From an uncultured Verrucomicrobiota bacterium (GTDB lineage: Bacteria > Verrucomicrobiota > Verrucomicrobiia > Methylacidiphilales > CAMAQI01), in contig CAZKRU010000005.1 of the NCBI GenBank assembly GCA_964555235.1, forward strand, positions 2,457 to 66,456: a stretch of DNA of 64,000 bases, read 5' to 3'. Position numbers and translations under genes: made by a program. This document shows positions 1 to 9,783 of the stretch, piece by piece. A model generated the notes under the pieces. That model was given only the letters and a program-made list of their open reading frames with translations. It did not search any database and was not told the origin of the DNA. Each line of letters opens with the position of its first letter. Positions within the stretch are counted from its first letter, which is position 1.

Positions 1-130
1 CACTGAAGCCATGGGAAATTCGAACGGAACATGTGAATGGCCTTAAGTCTGCCATGGCAGAAAGTGAAAAATTTATTTCAATTCCGTGTCACCAGAATAA
101 AGACAAAAAGATACTCGTAGAAAAATTAAA

Positions 131-319
131 ATGAGACCTTCCATGCAACTCCGCGCTATCATTTTCGATCTGGACGGCGTGCTTGTCTCGACTGACAACT
201 TCCATTACCAAGGCTGGAAACGGCTCGCGGATAAGGAAGGTATTTACTTTGACGAAACCATCAACCACCGGTTGCGCGGGGTTAGCCGCATGGAAAGCCT
301 CGATGTTATCATATTTTAG
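131..319 (+). pseudogene. Truncated HAD-superfamily / beta-phosphoglucomutase-like N-terminal fragment (62 aa)
   Basis: The translation has HAD motif I 'IIFDLDGVL' and the following helix typical of beta-phosphoglucomutase N-termini. The frame stops after 62 aa, 5 nt before the AraC-type gene. The cap domain and motifs II-IV are absent. Confidence 0.6.
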
Positions 320-324
320 CTTTA

Positions 325-1212
325 ATGGAATTCTCATCACGTCATAAGCAGAACCCGCTTCATCGCTGGAAAAGCCTGAGATCCGAGTTGTTATGGGTTC
401 ATGATGGACCGAGCGCTGCAGGGGCGCTAAGGGAAAAAGCTAATCATAGCATCGGCTACTGGGTTTGGTTGATCCGACGTGGAAAAGTTCGTATCGAAAT
501 GGATGACAATACCTGGGAGGCAACCGCAGGCCAATGGGTGGTTACCCCCCAAGGCGTAATAACTCAGGATTTCTCAAAAGACGTGAGAATTCTTTCCATT
601 CATTTCCGATGCCAATGGCCGACCGGAGCAAATCTATTTTCCGGGAATGGCTGCGAGATCTGGAATGCCAAGGAGTTTCCGCAACTGGAGCGCAGCGCGT
701 TAGCGCTATGCCGCATTATTCAGCACCACTTTCCCCAAGTGCGCTACGAGTTGATCGGGAGGGAAATTGATTATCCTGTTTTCCTGCGTTTTGAGCAAAG
801 ATTTCAACAATTACTGATCAATTTTCATCAGATCATGACGGCCTTGGGACGCACGCTCGCCCATGCCGGCGCAGGAGACGAGCGCGTACTTCGTGCGGCG
901 CGCTACATGCACAAAAGTCCGCTTAATGGGCCCTTTCCCGCCGAGCGCCTCCAGCAGGAGGCCGGTTTGGGACGAGCCCATCTCGATCGTCTCTACTCGG
1001 ATGAATTCAATGTAAGCACGTGGGAATACTGGGAGCTTCTTCGCCAAGAAGTGGCGATGCGCAATCTCGAATTCACAGCGCTTTCTGTCAAGGAGATCGG
1101 CTTCAAACTCGGCTTCAAACAGGCATCCCATTTCACAAAATGGTTTTTTCGCCGGGTGGGAAAAACGCCAAAGACATATCGGGACGAGCCGCCTGCAAAA
1201 CGCGTGTTTTAA
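325..1212 (+). CDS. AraC-family transcriptional regulator
   Basis: 295 aa. The C-terminal double HTH is typical of AraC/XylS ('VKEIGFKLGFKQASHFTKWFFRRVGKTPKTYR'). The N-terminus looks like a cupin-type sensor region. Confidence 0.85.
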   Translation: MEFSSRHKQNPLHRWKSLRSELLWVHDGPSAAGALREKANHSIGYWVWLIRRGKVRIEMDDNTWEATAGQWVVTPQGVITQDFSKDVRILSIHFRCQWPTGANLFSGNGCEIWNAKEFPQLERSALALCRIIQHHFPQVRYELIGREIDYPVFLRFEQRFQQLLINFHQIMTALGRTLAHAGAGDERVLRAARYMHKSPLNGPFPAERLQQEAGLGRAHLDRLYSDEFNVSTWEYWELLRQEVAMRNLEFTALSVKEIGFKLGFKQASHFTKWFFRRVGKTPKTYRDEPPAKRVF

Positions 1213-1410
1213 ACCCCGGTCGAAGGCCCGAAGCTGCCGGATCCGGTGACAGCCGGGCTTCTTGTTTTTACAGTAGAATCATACTGCCTCGAAGAGAGTT
1301 GCATTCCAAGTGAAAGGTCGCGGCGGAGCTCCTTACGAGAATACTCTCGTAATCAAAGGTGTCGACAGCTCGCGATAATTTTAGGATTCTTGCAATATTA
1401 AAAAACCGAT

Positions 1411-2781
1411 ATGCTATATTCGAAAATCATGAGCCAAGCCATTCTCGGTCGAGTATTGCCGACAAAAGCCATTATTCTTTTTGTCTGTCTATTATTGCCT
1501 GTAGGCCTCTTCGCACAATCGGGGTATGAAACGGAAAAATTGACGGTCGCGGCCAGTTCGGGCGAGACGCAGACCCTGGTTAAAAACAATTCGGCCAGTG
1601 GTGGAGGGAAACCGAACTTCATCGTCATCCTGACCGATGATTTAGGTCTGGACATGATCAGCTGTTATGGAGCCGTTCAACCGACGCCCCAGATTGATGC
1701 GTTGGCCAGCGGCGGTATCCGATTTGATCTCGGCTACGTCCCGCCGCTCTGCGGTCCCTCGCGTGGCCAACTGCTGACAGGGCGTTATCCGTTCCGCACG
1801 GGTTGTAATGAAAACAACACCACCGTAACAGGACTCGTCCCCGGCAAGGAAATCATGATCTCGAAAGTGCTGAAAACCGCGGGCTATGCTACGATGAGTG
1901 TGGGTAAATGGGGTCAACACTCCAGCTTCGGACCGCACTTGTGGGATTTCGATGAGTCGCTGGAAGTTGCCATATCCAACCGATATTGGGCAGATGGTAC
2001 TCACCCGAATACGATCAATGGCAAACCCACTCCCACAGTGAAGGGTGTCTACACGGCCGACACGATGCACCAGTTTGTCGTGGACTTCATGACCCGTCAT
2101 AAAGACGAGCCGTTTTTTATCTATTATCCGATGCTGCATATGCACAGACTTCTCGAGAAGACACCCGACAGCGCGCCTGGAGCGAAGGGAGGTGAGGTTA
2201 GACGAGACAATCTGATCTACATGGACAAGCTTGTCGGGCAGCTCGTGAGTAAACTGGAGGAGTTAAATCTGCGACAGAAGACGGTGATCCTTTTTATTGG
2301 CGACAATGGTTCTGGGGGGCCTCAGCCCATGGTTGGCGGCAAGAACGTCTTTGGTAAAAAACACGAGTTGAACGAGGGCGGCGCCCACGTGCCATTTATC
2401 GCCAACTGGCCAGGAACCACCCCGGCAGGTATCGTCAGTCGTGACCTGGTAGATTCCACCGACGTCTTCGTGACTTTGGCGGAATTGGCCGGAGCGACGC
2501 TGCCTGCGGGTGTGACGCTTGACGGAAAAAGTTTCGCTCCCCAGCTCAAGGGTCAAGCAGGCACTCCACGCGAATGGGTCTATGTGGAACTCAATGGCGA
2601 CTCATGTGCTCGTGATGCCCGGTACAAACTCACCAACCATGGCAAAATGTTCGATCTGATAAAGGCTCCGTTTGAAGAAATCGCCGTCCCCTCGAACAGT
2701 ACCGACTCCGCCGTCATCGCGTCACGCCAGCGCCTGCAGCAAGTCCTCGATACACATCCTGCCGCTCCAAAAAGCCACTAA
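1411..2781 (+). CDS. Secreted sulfatase (formylglycine-dependent arylsulfatase family)
   Basis: N-terminal signal peptide. 'NFIVILTDDLG' is followed by the C-x-P-S-R formylglycine motif 'CGPSRGQLLTGR'. 456 aa. Confidence 0.9.
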   Translation: MLYSKIMSQAILGRVLPTKAIILFVCLLLPVGLFAQSGYETEKLTVAASSGETQTLVKNNSASGGGKPNFIVILTDDLGLDMISCYGAVQPTPQIDALASGGIRFDLGYVPPLCGPSRGQLLTGRYPFRTGCNENNTTVTGLVPGKEIMISKVLKTAGYATMSVGKWGQHSSFGPHLWDFDESLEVAISNRYWADGTHPNTINGKPTPTVKGVYTADTMHQFVVDFMTRHKDEPFFIYYPMLHMHRLLEKTPDSAPGAKGGEVRRDNLIYMDKLVGQLVSKLEELNLRQKTVILFIGDNGSGGPQPMVGGKNVFGKKHELNEGGAHVPFIANWPGTTPAGIVSRDLVDSTDVFVTLAELAGATLPAGVTLDGKSFAPQLKGQAGTPREWVYVELNGDSCARDARYKLTNHGKMFDLIKAPFEEIAVPSNSTDSAVIASRQRLQQVLDTHPAAPKSH

Positions 2782-3020
2782 ACGCGGCGTTATAAATTAA
2801 AGGACGTCAGACAATGGGAGCGTATCTGATTATTAATTTGAGTATTTCAATTGGGGGCGGAATATGGAGTGGACTATGGAGCCGTCGCCAGTGGAATTCA
2901 ACAAGTTCGAGCCTGAATGAGAAAAGAGAAAGGCTTGGAGCGAGTTTATCAAAAACTCCGAAAAAACATAATTAATGAAAAATGAGATGCGTCCCCATTG
3001 TTTTCGATTTCATTTTCAGT

Positions 3021-3038
3021 AGGGTTACACCCCATAGG
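3021..3038 (+). promoter_or_regulatory. Copy a of conserved upstream motif (AGGGTTACACCCCATAGG)
   Basis: This 18-mer is identical to copy c at 22930..22947. It ends 31 nt before the ATG at 3070, on the sense strand. Confidence 0.55.
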
Positions 3039-3069
3039 CCTTCTCTTCATTCGAGCCTACTTTGGGTTC

Positions 3070-3414
3070 ATGACAAAAACACTTCGATCCTTGGCATTTA
3101 TGGTTATTGCAATTGGAACGATTCTCTTCGTGACTCGCGCTTCTGCGGAGTCTTCGTTGAGTATTCGTATCGGGCCGCAAGCTCCTCCGCATCACGAGGA
3201 CTATCGTCGGTGGGAAAGTCCGCATCGTACGGCAGTTTGGATTCCCGGACATAACGAATGGAGACAAGCGCCGGGACAGAGACATGGACGTTATGTTTGG
3301 GTCGGCGGTTATTATGCGTACCCTTCTCATAAAGGAAGCCAATGGGTAGCTCCTCGATATTCGCGCGATCGTGATGGTAACTACAACTATCGTGCCCCTT
3401 ATTGGACGAAATAA
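3070..3414 (+). CDS. Small secreted W/Y/R-rich protein (YXWGXW-repeat-like)
   Basis: The internal ATG gives a signal-peptide-like start, 'MTKTLRSLAFMVIAIGTILFVTRASA'. The mature part has 'RYVWVGGYY' and 'QWVAPRY' motifs. The ORF opens at 2998, so the start is uncertain. Confidence 0.5.
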   Translation: MTKTLRSLAFMVIAIGTILFVTRASAESSLSIRIGPQAPPHHEDYRRWESPHRTAVWIPGHNEWRQAPGQRHGRYVWVGGYYAYPSHKGSQWVAPRYSRDRDGNYNYRAPYWTK

Positions 3415-3467
3415 AGGTTATTTTACCCCAGTAGTGTCATGATGTTAATTATTAGATTAACGAGATA

Positions 3468-3498
3468 GGGGGGAGTGGGGAGTGGGGAGGATGAGGGG
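3468..3498 (+). other. G-quadruplex-forming tract (GGGGGG-AGT-GGGG-AGT-GGGG-AGGATGA-GGGG)
   Basis: Four G-runs of at least 4 with loops of 3, 3 and 7 nt. It lies in the spacer between two convergent genes. Confidence 0.5.
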
Positions 3499-3565
3499 AG
3501 GAATTTATCGGGATGGTTGGCGAGGCCTTTACCGTACATCGAGGGCGCCAATGGGTTGGAAAAAA

Positions 3566-4339
3566 CTATTGAGCGGTCCAGCCGCCGTCGATAGTGATGG
3601 TTTGCCCGGTGACGTTGCGAGCGAGCGGGCTGATGAGGTATTCGATAGCGGCGGCGATCTCTTCGGAGGTGATGAAGGCTTTTTTGGGCATCGGTTCAAG
3701 CATGACTTTTTGGATGACTTCTTCTTCAGAAATTCCGCGAATTCGGGCTTGGTCTTTGATCTGTTTCTCAACGAGGGGGGTCTGAATATAAGCAGGGCAG
3801 ATGGTGTTTGTCGTGATTTCGGCATCGGCGGTTTCGAGTGCCAGCACTTTTGAAAAACCGATCAAGGCATGTTTTGCCGTGACGTAAGCGGATTTTCCAG
3901 GTGAGGCGACAAGGGAATGGAGTGAGCCGATATGGATCAGTCGACCAAAACCGCGCTCACGCATTCCAGGAAGTGCGGCACGGCTCATGAGAAAGGTTCC
4001 TTTTAAGGCGACATCCATAATTTGATCCCATTTGACCGTTGGAAATTCCTCCAATCGTGCGACATGCTGCATTCCCGCGTTGTTGATCAAGACCTCTACC
4101 GGTCGATCCTTGAGTTTTTTCCAGAGCTGCTCAATTTCAGTTTCGGAGGTGACGTCCAAGGCATGCGCTTCTGCGTTTCCCCCGGCTTTTTGAATTTGAG
4201 CGGCGGTCTCCTCGGCGGCGGCGAGATCGCGATCGGTTGAAAAAATGATGCCGTTCTGTTGCGCCAAGGCGAGGGCGAGTCCGCGGCCGAGTCCACTGCC
4301 GGCTCCAGTAATCAGAATGTTGCGTTTGGGAGAGTTCAT
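3566..4339 (-). CDS. bdhA: 3-hydroxybutyrate dehydrogenase (classical SDR)
   Basis: Rossmann motif 'TGAGSGLGRGLA', catalytic 'YVTAKHAL' (YxxxK), and a C-terminal '...TIDGGWTAQ' typical of BDH enzymes. It overlaps the upstream ligase gene by 4 nt. Confidence 0.75.
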   Translation of the reverse strand: MNSPKRNILITGAGSGLGRGLALALAQQNGIIFSTDRDLAAAEETAAQIQKAGGNAEAHALDVTSETEIEQLWKKLKDRPVEVLINNAGMQHVARLEEFPTVKWDQIMDVALKGTFLMSRAALPGMRERGFGRLIHIGSLHSLVASPGKSAYVTAKHALIGFSKVLALETADAEITTNTICPAYIQTPLVEKQIKDQARIRGISEEEVIQKVMLEPMPKKAFITSEEIAAAIEYLISPLARNVTGQTITIDGGWTAQ

Positions 4340-6186
4340 CGATTGGAGAGGTATTGGTCGCGAAGGACGCGACGCATGATTTTATTGGAGGCGGTTCTCG
4401 GAAGAACGGAAGTGATGACGACCTCTTGAATTTTGAAGAGGGGATTTAATTCGCGACGAATGGCATTTTGCATCGCCGTGGTCAGGGATGTTTTGTCGAT
4501 GGAGCTATTTTGAGTGCAGACCGCAAAAATGACGAGTTGACTCGGGCCGCCTCCCGGAGCGACAGCGATGGCGGCGGTTTCCAAAAGATCCGGAACCGAT
4601 TGCACGGTTCTTTCGATTTCAGCGGAACTCACTTTAATGCCGCCAAGATTCATGGTGTCATCCGCACGACCATGAGCGCGCCAATATCCGTTTGGCAATC
4701 TTTCGATCTGATCGCCATGGCGGCGAAGAAGTCCTCCGTCGGTGTTTTTGGGAGTATTCGAAAAGTATTCCTGATGATGGTCTTTGTTGAGAAGCGTGAG
4801 GGAGAGCCCAATCGAGGGAGGAATCAGGAAGATTTCTCCGTTTTCTGCAGGAGATCCTTCTTCATCGAGAATGACAAAATCGAGGCCGAGTGCTGGAGTG
4901 TTGAACGTGCCGGCAATGCAGGGGCGTGTGACGGTTCCGGTGAGGTAACCTCCGCCAATTTCGGTTCCCCCACAATATTCGATGACGGGACGTCCTCCGC
5001 AGAACTTCATCAACCAGCGCATCTCTTCGGCGTTGGAACATTCACCGGTCGAACTGATCACTTTAATTTCACTCCAGTCCAAGCCCTTCATGCAATCCGT
5101 GGCGCGCCATGCTTTGACCAGACTTGGAACGATTCCGAGCAGCGTTGCTTTGGAATTCTGCAGAAACTCTCCGAAAGGTCGTCCGGTTGGCGCTCCATCA
5201 AACAACCCAAGCGCGGCTCGATTCATCAGGCTCGCGAAGATCAACCACGGTCCCATCATCCATCCGATATTGGTCGGCCAGACGAGGAGATCTCCCGGCT
5301 GAACATTTTGATGAAAATGGGCATCAACCGCGCATTTGATCGGAGTCGTTTGAGTCCAAGGAATTGCTTTCGGTTCTCCCGTCGTTCCAGAGGAAAATAA
5401 AATATTTACGGGATCCGATGGAGTTCGTGGAACTGCTTGGAAGGTTTTTGCTTCGACTAAGAATTCAGACCAAGTCAAATCTCCTGCACGAAGCGTCGCT
5501 TGGACCTGATTTTTTGCCGGGAGAACAATCGCAGGAGGCGCCTCGGCTTCCACGACGTTGGTAAAAAGAGGTAACTCTTTGCCGGCTCGATACGTTACAT
5601 CCTGGGTGAAAATTGCCACCGCCTTCGCCAAACGCAATCGGGTCGAAATCTCTTTAGGACGAAAGCTGTCGGCGATTCCGACGACGACACATCCGGCCTG
5701 AATGATTCCCAAGTAGATCGCGACGGCTTCCGGCGTCATCGGCATGAAAATCGCCACGGCATCGCCCGGTTTGAACCCGCGATGGACGAGACTTGCTGAA
5801 ATCTGATTTGTGAGGGATTGCAGTTCAGCGACACTCATCTTCTGGATGGCGCCTCCTTCGCTTTGGTGAATGATTGCAGGCGAATTGGCTGGAGCCTTGA
5901 AGCAACTCTCAACGATATTCAATTTTGCACCGAGCAACCAATTGGGATGCTCAATTCCTAAAGTGAGATCCATGGCTCGGGAAAAGGGATGTTGAAAAGG
6001 GATTCCGAGTCGCTCGATCACTTTCGCCCAGAAGGCTTCATGATTTTTTGTCGACCACTCATGAAGTTTTTCGTAGGTGTTGACACCCACTTCCTGCATC
6101 AACCCAAAGAGATTCGTCGTGCGAATAAATTCCGGAGTTGGAGTCCAGTCTGGCAAAAGATTCGTAAGTTCGGGATTTGAATTCAT
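4336..6186 (-). CDS. AMP-forming acyl-CoA synthetase, acetoacetyl-CoA/acetyl-CoA synthetase-like
   Basis: 616 aa. AMP-binding motif 'FSSGTTGEPK'. The N-terminal region ('...YEKLHEWSTKNHEAFWAKV...') resembles the ACS/AACS family. It sits between the thiolase and BDH genes. Confidence 0.7.
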   Translation of the reverse strand: MNSNPELTNLLPDWTPTPEFIRTTNLFGLMQEVGVNTYEKLHEWSTKNHEAFWAKVIERLGIPFQHPFSRAMDLTLGIEHPNWLLGAKLNIVESCFKAPANSPAIIHQSEGGAIQKMSVAELQSLTNQISASLVHRGFKPGDAVAIFMPMTPEAVAIYLGIIQAGCVVVGIADSFRPKEISTRLRLAKAVAIFTQDVTYRAGKELPLFTNVVEAEAPPAIVLPAKNQVQATLRAGDLTWSEFLVEAKTFQAVPRTPSDPVNILFSSGTTGEPKAIPWTQTTPIKCAVDAHFHQNVQPGDLLVWPTNIGWMMGPWLIFASLMNRAALGLFDGAPTGRPFGEFLQNSKATLLGIVPSLVKAWRATDCMKGLDWSEIKVISSTGECSNAEEMRWLMKFCGGRPVIEYCGGTEIGGGYLTGTVTRPCIAGTFNTPALGLDFVILDEEGSPAENGEIFLIPPSIGLSLTLLNKDHHQEYFSNTPKNTDGGLLRRHGDQIERLPNGYWRAHGRADDTMNLGGIKVSSAEIERTVQSVPDLLETAAIAVAPGGGPSQLVIFAVCTQNSSIDKTSLTTAMQNAIRRELNPLFKIQEVVITSVLPRTASNKIMRRVLRDQYLSNR

Positions 6187-6189
6187 GAG

Positions 6190-7326
6190 CTACCTCAGTG
6201 ATTGAGGACGTTCCACCACGACGGCGCAGCCCATGCCGCCTCCAACACAGAGCGTTGCCAGTCCGCGCTTCGGTTTTTGATGGGCCAGGTGAACGAGAAG
6301 CCGCGCGCCGGTCGCCCCAATCGGATGCCCGAGAGCAATCGCACCGCCGCTCGGGTTTACTTTTTCTTCATCGAGTCCCAATTCCTTACTACAAGCGAGG
6401 GCCTGAGCGGCGAAGGCTTCGTTCAACTCGATCCAGTCAAATCCGCTGATGTCATGGCCCATTTTGCGAGTCGCATGGACCGGTCCCATCCCCATCAAGG
6501 AGGGATCGCAACCGGCAGAGGCGCTGGCCGTGAGGATCATCATTGGCGTTAATCCTTGTTCGCGTCCGGTTGCTTCGTCGCAAAGAACGAGAAGAGCGGC
6601 TCCATCGTTGAGCGTGGAGGCATTTCCGGCGGTCACCCGGCCATTCGGTTGGAAAGCGGGTTTCAAGGCAGTGAGTTTTTCCAGAGAAGTTTCCGGACGT
6701 GGCTGTTCATCTTGAGTGACCTCATTCACCGGAGTGAGTTCACTTTGGAAGGATCCTTTCGCGAGCGCTGCGGCGTAACGTTTTTGACTGCGAACGGCAA
6801 AATGGTCCTGGGCTTCACGTGAGATCTGAAATTTTTCAGCCACCCGCTCGGCGGTCATTCCCATATGTTCATTGCTGAACGGATCCATTAATCCGTCGCG
6901 CAGCAAGGCATCCACGAGAACGCCATTCCCCAGTTTGTAACCGGAGCGTGCGCGTTCCAAAAGAAACGGAGCATTCGACATCGACTCGGTTCCTCCACAC
7001 AAAACCATGCGCGCGGCGCCGCATTGAATGGATTGAGCTGCCAGGATCACGGCCTGCATTCCGGAGGCGCACATCATGTTGACGGTGAAGGCCGGGGTAC
7101 TGATTGGTAAGTTGAGACGGACGCCGACCTGACGCGCGACGTTCATTCCTGATCCGGAGCTGAGGACATTGCCAATAATGACGGAGTCAATGGAAGCACG
7201 ATTGATTCCGGTGAGTGCGGCTTCGCCTGCAACGAGCGCCAAATCAACAGCAGACTGTTTGGCGAGCGCTCCCAAAAAGCGGCCTTGTGGGGTTCTTTTG
7301 GCAGAGACAATCCAGATCGGTTTCAT
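6190..7326 (-). CDS. Acetyl-CoA C-acetyltransferase (thiolase II)
   Basis: 378 aa. Active-site Cys region '[11 protein letters not shown]' and C-terminal '[14 protein letters not shown]'. Confidence 0.9.
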   Translation of the reverse strand: MKPIWIVSAKRTPQGRFLGALAKQSAVDLALVAGEAALTGINRASIDSVIIGNVLSSGSGMNVARQVGVRLNLPISTPAFTVNMMCASGMQAVILAAQSIQCGAARMVLCGGTESMSNAPFLLERARSGYKLGNGVLVDALLRDGLMDPFSNEHMGMTAERVAEKFQISREAQDHFAVRSQKRYAAALAKGSFQSELTPVNEVTQDEQPRPETSLEKLTALKPAFQPNGRVTAGNASTLNDGAALLVLCDEATGREQGLTPMMILTASASAGCDPSLMGMGPVHATRKMGHDISGFDWIELNEAFAAQALACSKELGLDEEKVNPSGGAIALGHPIGATGARLLVHLAHQKPKRGLATLCVGGGMGCAVVVERPQSLR

Positions 7327-7352
7327 GTATTCCTTGAGCTTCGAAGGTTAAA

Positions 7353-8438
7353 TTAGGAGAGTCCTGCGATTTTTTGAACTTCATCCACAACGGATTGCAG
7401 TGAATTTTCCTGTGTGAAACGATTGCGGGTAAAACCAAAGGCCAGTCGATGTTTGAGACTCGCAAATCCGATCGATCCTCCATATCCGCCATGACCGAAG
7501 CGAGTCATTGTGGGGAGTGTTTCGACAATATATCCGAGCGCCCGATTTTTATTTGCATCTTGAGCCGGTTTATTTTTTGGAAGATGAATTTCGGTTGCGA
7601 GACGGATCCGTTCGGGTGGGAGTAGCTCGACGCCCTCAACTCCGCCGGGAAGAAGTGCCGCGTAGTGCCTGGCGATATCGTGGGCATTTGAGATTCCGCT
7701 GGAAGCTGGGAGGCAGGCGTGTTGTGCGTCGGAGCGATTCATCCATTCATGAAGGGGTTGGACCAGAGGAGGAATCGCTTGAGGGGCGGCGTTATGGGGC
7801 ATCGGTTCGGGAGCGGATTCTGCAGGTTCAGATTCGAGGAAGGCGACCTCGACTTCAGCCGGAATCCCGACATACAAATTGGAGAGGGAAAGGGGCTTGC
7901 AGATTTCATCTTCGAGAATTTTTTGAAACGATCTTCCATCAACCCGTCGAATCACTTCTCCAATCGTCCAACTGTAGGTAATAGCGTGGTAGGCGAATTC
8001 CTCTCCCGGTGCAGTGAGCGGCTTGAGGTCGGCAATGGCGGCCGCCATCGTCTCCCAGTCGCAAAGCTCTTTGTGTCCGATTCCCGTCGGCATGTGAGGA
8101 ACGCCTGACGTATGGCTGAGCGCATGGCGCAATGTGATTTCACCTTTTCCATGAGCGGCAAATTCCGGCCAACAATCGGCGATTCGAGTATCGTAAGTGA
8201 TTTGGCCGCGTTCAACGAGAAGATGAAGGAGGGTTGCAGCGATTCCTTTCGTCGTTGAGAAAACGGGGAAGAGGGTTTCGTTGGTGACCGGCTTTTGAGT
8301 TCTGACATCCGCAATTCCTGCCGAGGCGTTGACGACGAGTTTGCCGTCGAGGTAGGCGGCCGCTTGAACGCCACGCTCCTTTCCATCGGCGACGAGTTGA
8401 TTGAGAAGCGATTGAATGGAGGATTGGATGTCTTTCAT
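7353..8438 (-). CDS. Serine hydrolase, class C beta-lactamase/esterase family
   Basis: S-x-x-K motif 'FSTTKG'. I chose the start at 'MKDIQ' because it forms an ATGA overlap with the stop of the upstream regulator. The ORF track opens at 8474. Confidence 0.7.
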   Translation of the reverse strand: MKDIQSSIQSLLNQLVADGKERGVQAAAYLDGKLVVNASAGIADVRTQKPVTNETLFPVFSTTKGIAATLLHLLVERGQITYDTRIADCWPEFAAHGKGEITLRHALSHTSGVPHMPTGIGHKELCDWETMAAAIADLKPLTAPGEEFAYHAITYSWTIGEVIRRVDGRSFQKILEDEICKPLSLSNLYVGIPAEVEVAFLESEPAESAPEPMPHNAAPQAIPPLVQPLHEWMNRSDAQHACLPASSGISNAHDIARHYAALLPGGVEGVELLPPERIRLATEIHLPKNKPAQDANKNRALGYIVETLPTMTRFGHGGYGGSIGFASLKHRLAFGFTRNRFTQENSLQSVVDEVQKIAGLS

Positions 8439-9004
8439 GGGGCTTTCGAGGTTGGGGATTCGATGAAGAGGCAAATAAATTGGGCCCTTTTTTTGTGAAG
8501 CGGTTTGAGGGCGTGAGTCATTTTCGGATCAAAATAAAGAGAATCGCCGGGAGTGAGTTTCAGGGTTGTATCGCCCAAGGTAAAGGCCAACTCTCCAGAG
8601 AGCATGTAAATGAATTCTTGTCCGCCATGTTGGAATCGACCGTCTTTGTCGCCAGGTGAAACCGTAATGAGAAATGGCTCCACCGGTTTGCCCGGGTAAT
8701 CGATGGCGAGTGCTTCGTACGTGTAGCCAAGATCTGTTCCATCACGAACGATCTGCTTCCCCTTTCCTTTGCGGGTCAGAACATAAGAGGAGGGGGTGGA
8801 GTCTTCTTTGAAAAAATCGGCCAATCGAACGCCCAACGCCGAGGCGATCACGACCAGATTGGAGATCGGGGAGGAAATCCGGCCGTTCTCGATCTTGGAG
8901 AGAGTGCTCTTGGTGATCTTCGCGCGTTTAGCGACCTCGGTCAGGCTCACCTGGGAGGCCATGCGAATTGCCCGAATATTTTCGCCGACCATCTGTTCAT
9001 TCAC
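8435..9004 (-). CDS. XRE-family transcriptional regulator with C-terminal cupin domain
   Basis: HTH 'SLTEVAKRAKITKSTLSKIENGR' plus a cupin core 'GGQEFIYMLSGEL...GDSLYFD'. Confidence 0.85.
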   Translation of the reverse strand: MNEQMVGENIRAIRMASQVSLTEVAKRAKITKSTLSKIENGRISSPISNLVVIASALGVRLADFFKEDSTPSSYVLTRKGKGKQIVRDGTDLGYTYEALAIDYPGKPVEPFLITVSPGDKDGRFQHGGQEFIYMLSGELAFTLGDTTLKLTPGDSLYFDPKMTHALKPLHKKRAQFICLFIESPTSKAP

Positions 9005-9057
9005 AAGACACAGTGTATCTTTAAAAGAAACAGTGTCAAATTGATTTTTGCGGAAGC

Positions 9058-9783
9058 TTACGGATTAAGCATCTGGGTTTCCACCCAACGAACGGCGTGA
9101 CGAATGAGTGCGGTGGCATCCTTTAATCCGAGCTTCTCTTTGATGTGACCCCGGTGAACATCGACGGTTTTGGAGCTGATGTGGAGTTTTTTGGCAATCT
9201 CGCGAGTGCTCATTCCCTGACCAATGTGCTGAAAGACTTCAAATTCCCGGTCACTCAGTTTTTCGATTGGCGAACTGGAGCCTCGCGGTTTGCGTCCGGT
9301 GAAGAGATCAAGAATCCGGGTCGACATCTTATCGCTGACATAAATCTGTCCATTTAAGACACGACGGATGGCGACGAGAAGATTTTCGCCGCCCGCCTCT
9401 TTCATGAGATAGCCACGGGCCCCGGCACGGAGGACGCGCTCGGCATAAAGAACTTCGTCGTGCATCGAGATAACGAGAATCGGGAGACCGGGGTGAGTGG
9501 CTTGAATGTCTTTAATAAACTCCAAGCCGCTTCGATTCGGCATGGTGATATCCGTGAGAATCAGATCAGGTTTCGACTTGGCGAGCTCCTGCATCGCGGA
9601 AACCGGGTCGCTGGCCTGGCAACTGATTTGAAGATCCGGCTGTTGATTGATCAATTGGGCGAGTCCCATACGCATCATCGGGTGATCATCCACGAGTAAA
9701 ATGCTTTTACGTGCAGTGCCCGAGGGAGGATCGGCTTTCAATTCAGAAGCTCCTGTTCCGGAAGATTTCTTTTTAAGACTCAT
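9058..9783 (-). CDS. NarL/LuxR-family response regulator
   Basis: Receiver domain ('ILLVDDHPMMRMGL...DLILTDITMP') plus a LuxR HTH ('LSDREFEVFQHIGQGMSTREIAKKLHISSKTVDVHR'). It overlaps the kinase gene by 4 nt. Confidence 0.9.
   Translation of the reverse strand: MSLKKKSSGTGASELKADPPSGTARKSILLVDDHPMMRMGLAQLINQQPDLQISCQASDPVSAMQELAKSKPDLILTDITMPNRSGLEFIKDIQATHPGLPILVISMHDEVLYAERVLRAGARGYLMKEAGGENLLVAIRRVLNGQIYVSDKMSTRILDLFTGRKPRGSSSPIEKLSDREFEVFQHIGQGMSTREIAKKLHISSKTVDVHRGHIKEKLGLKDATALIRHAVRWVETQMLNP

Noticed and set aside
3482-3853. 123-aa plus-strand ORF and a 98-aa minus-strand alternative-frame ORF overlapping bdhA.
   Set aside because: Both are inside or antisense to the SDR gene, which has a canonical Rossmann motif and catalytic motifs. 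Their translations are low in complexity.
4468-5400. 310-aa ORF on the plus strand, antisense to the CoA-ligase gene.
   Set aside because: It lies entirely inside a well-supported minus-strand gene with clear AMP-binding motifs. Its translation is R/G/S-rich with no motif. This is typical of a shadow ORF in GC-biased coding DNA.
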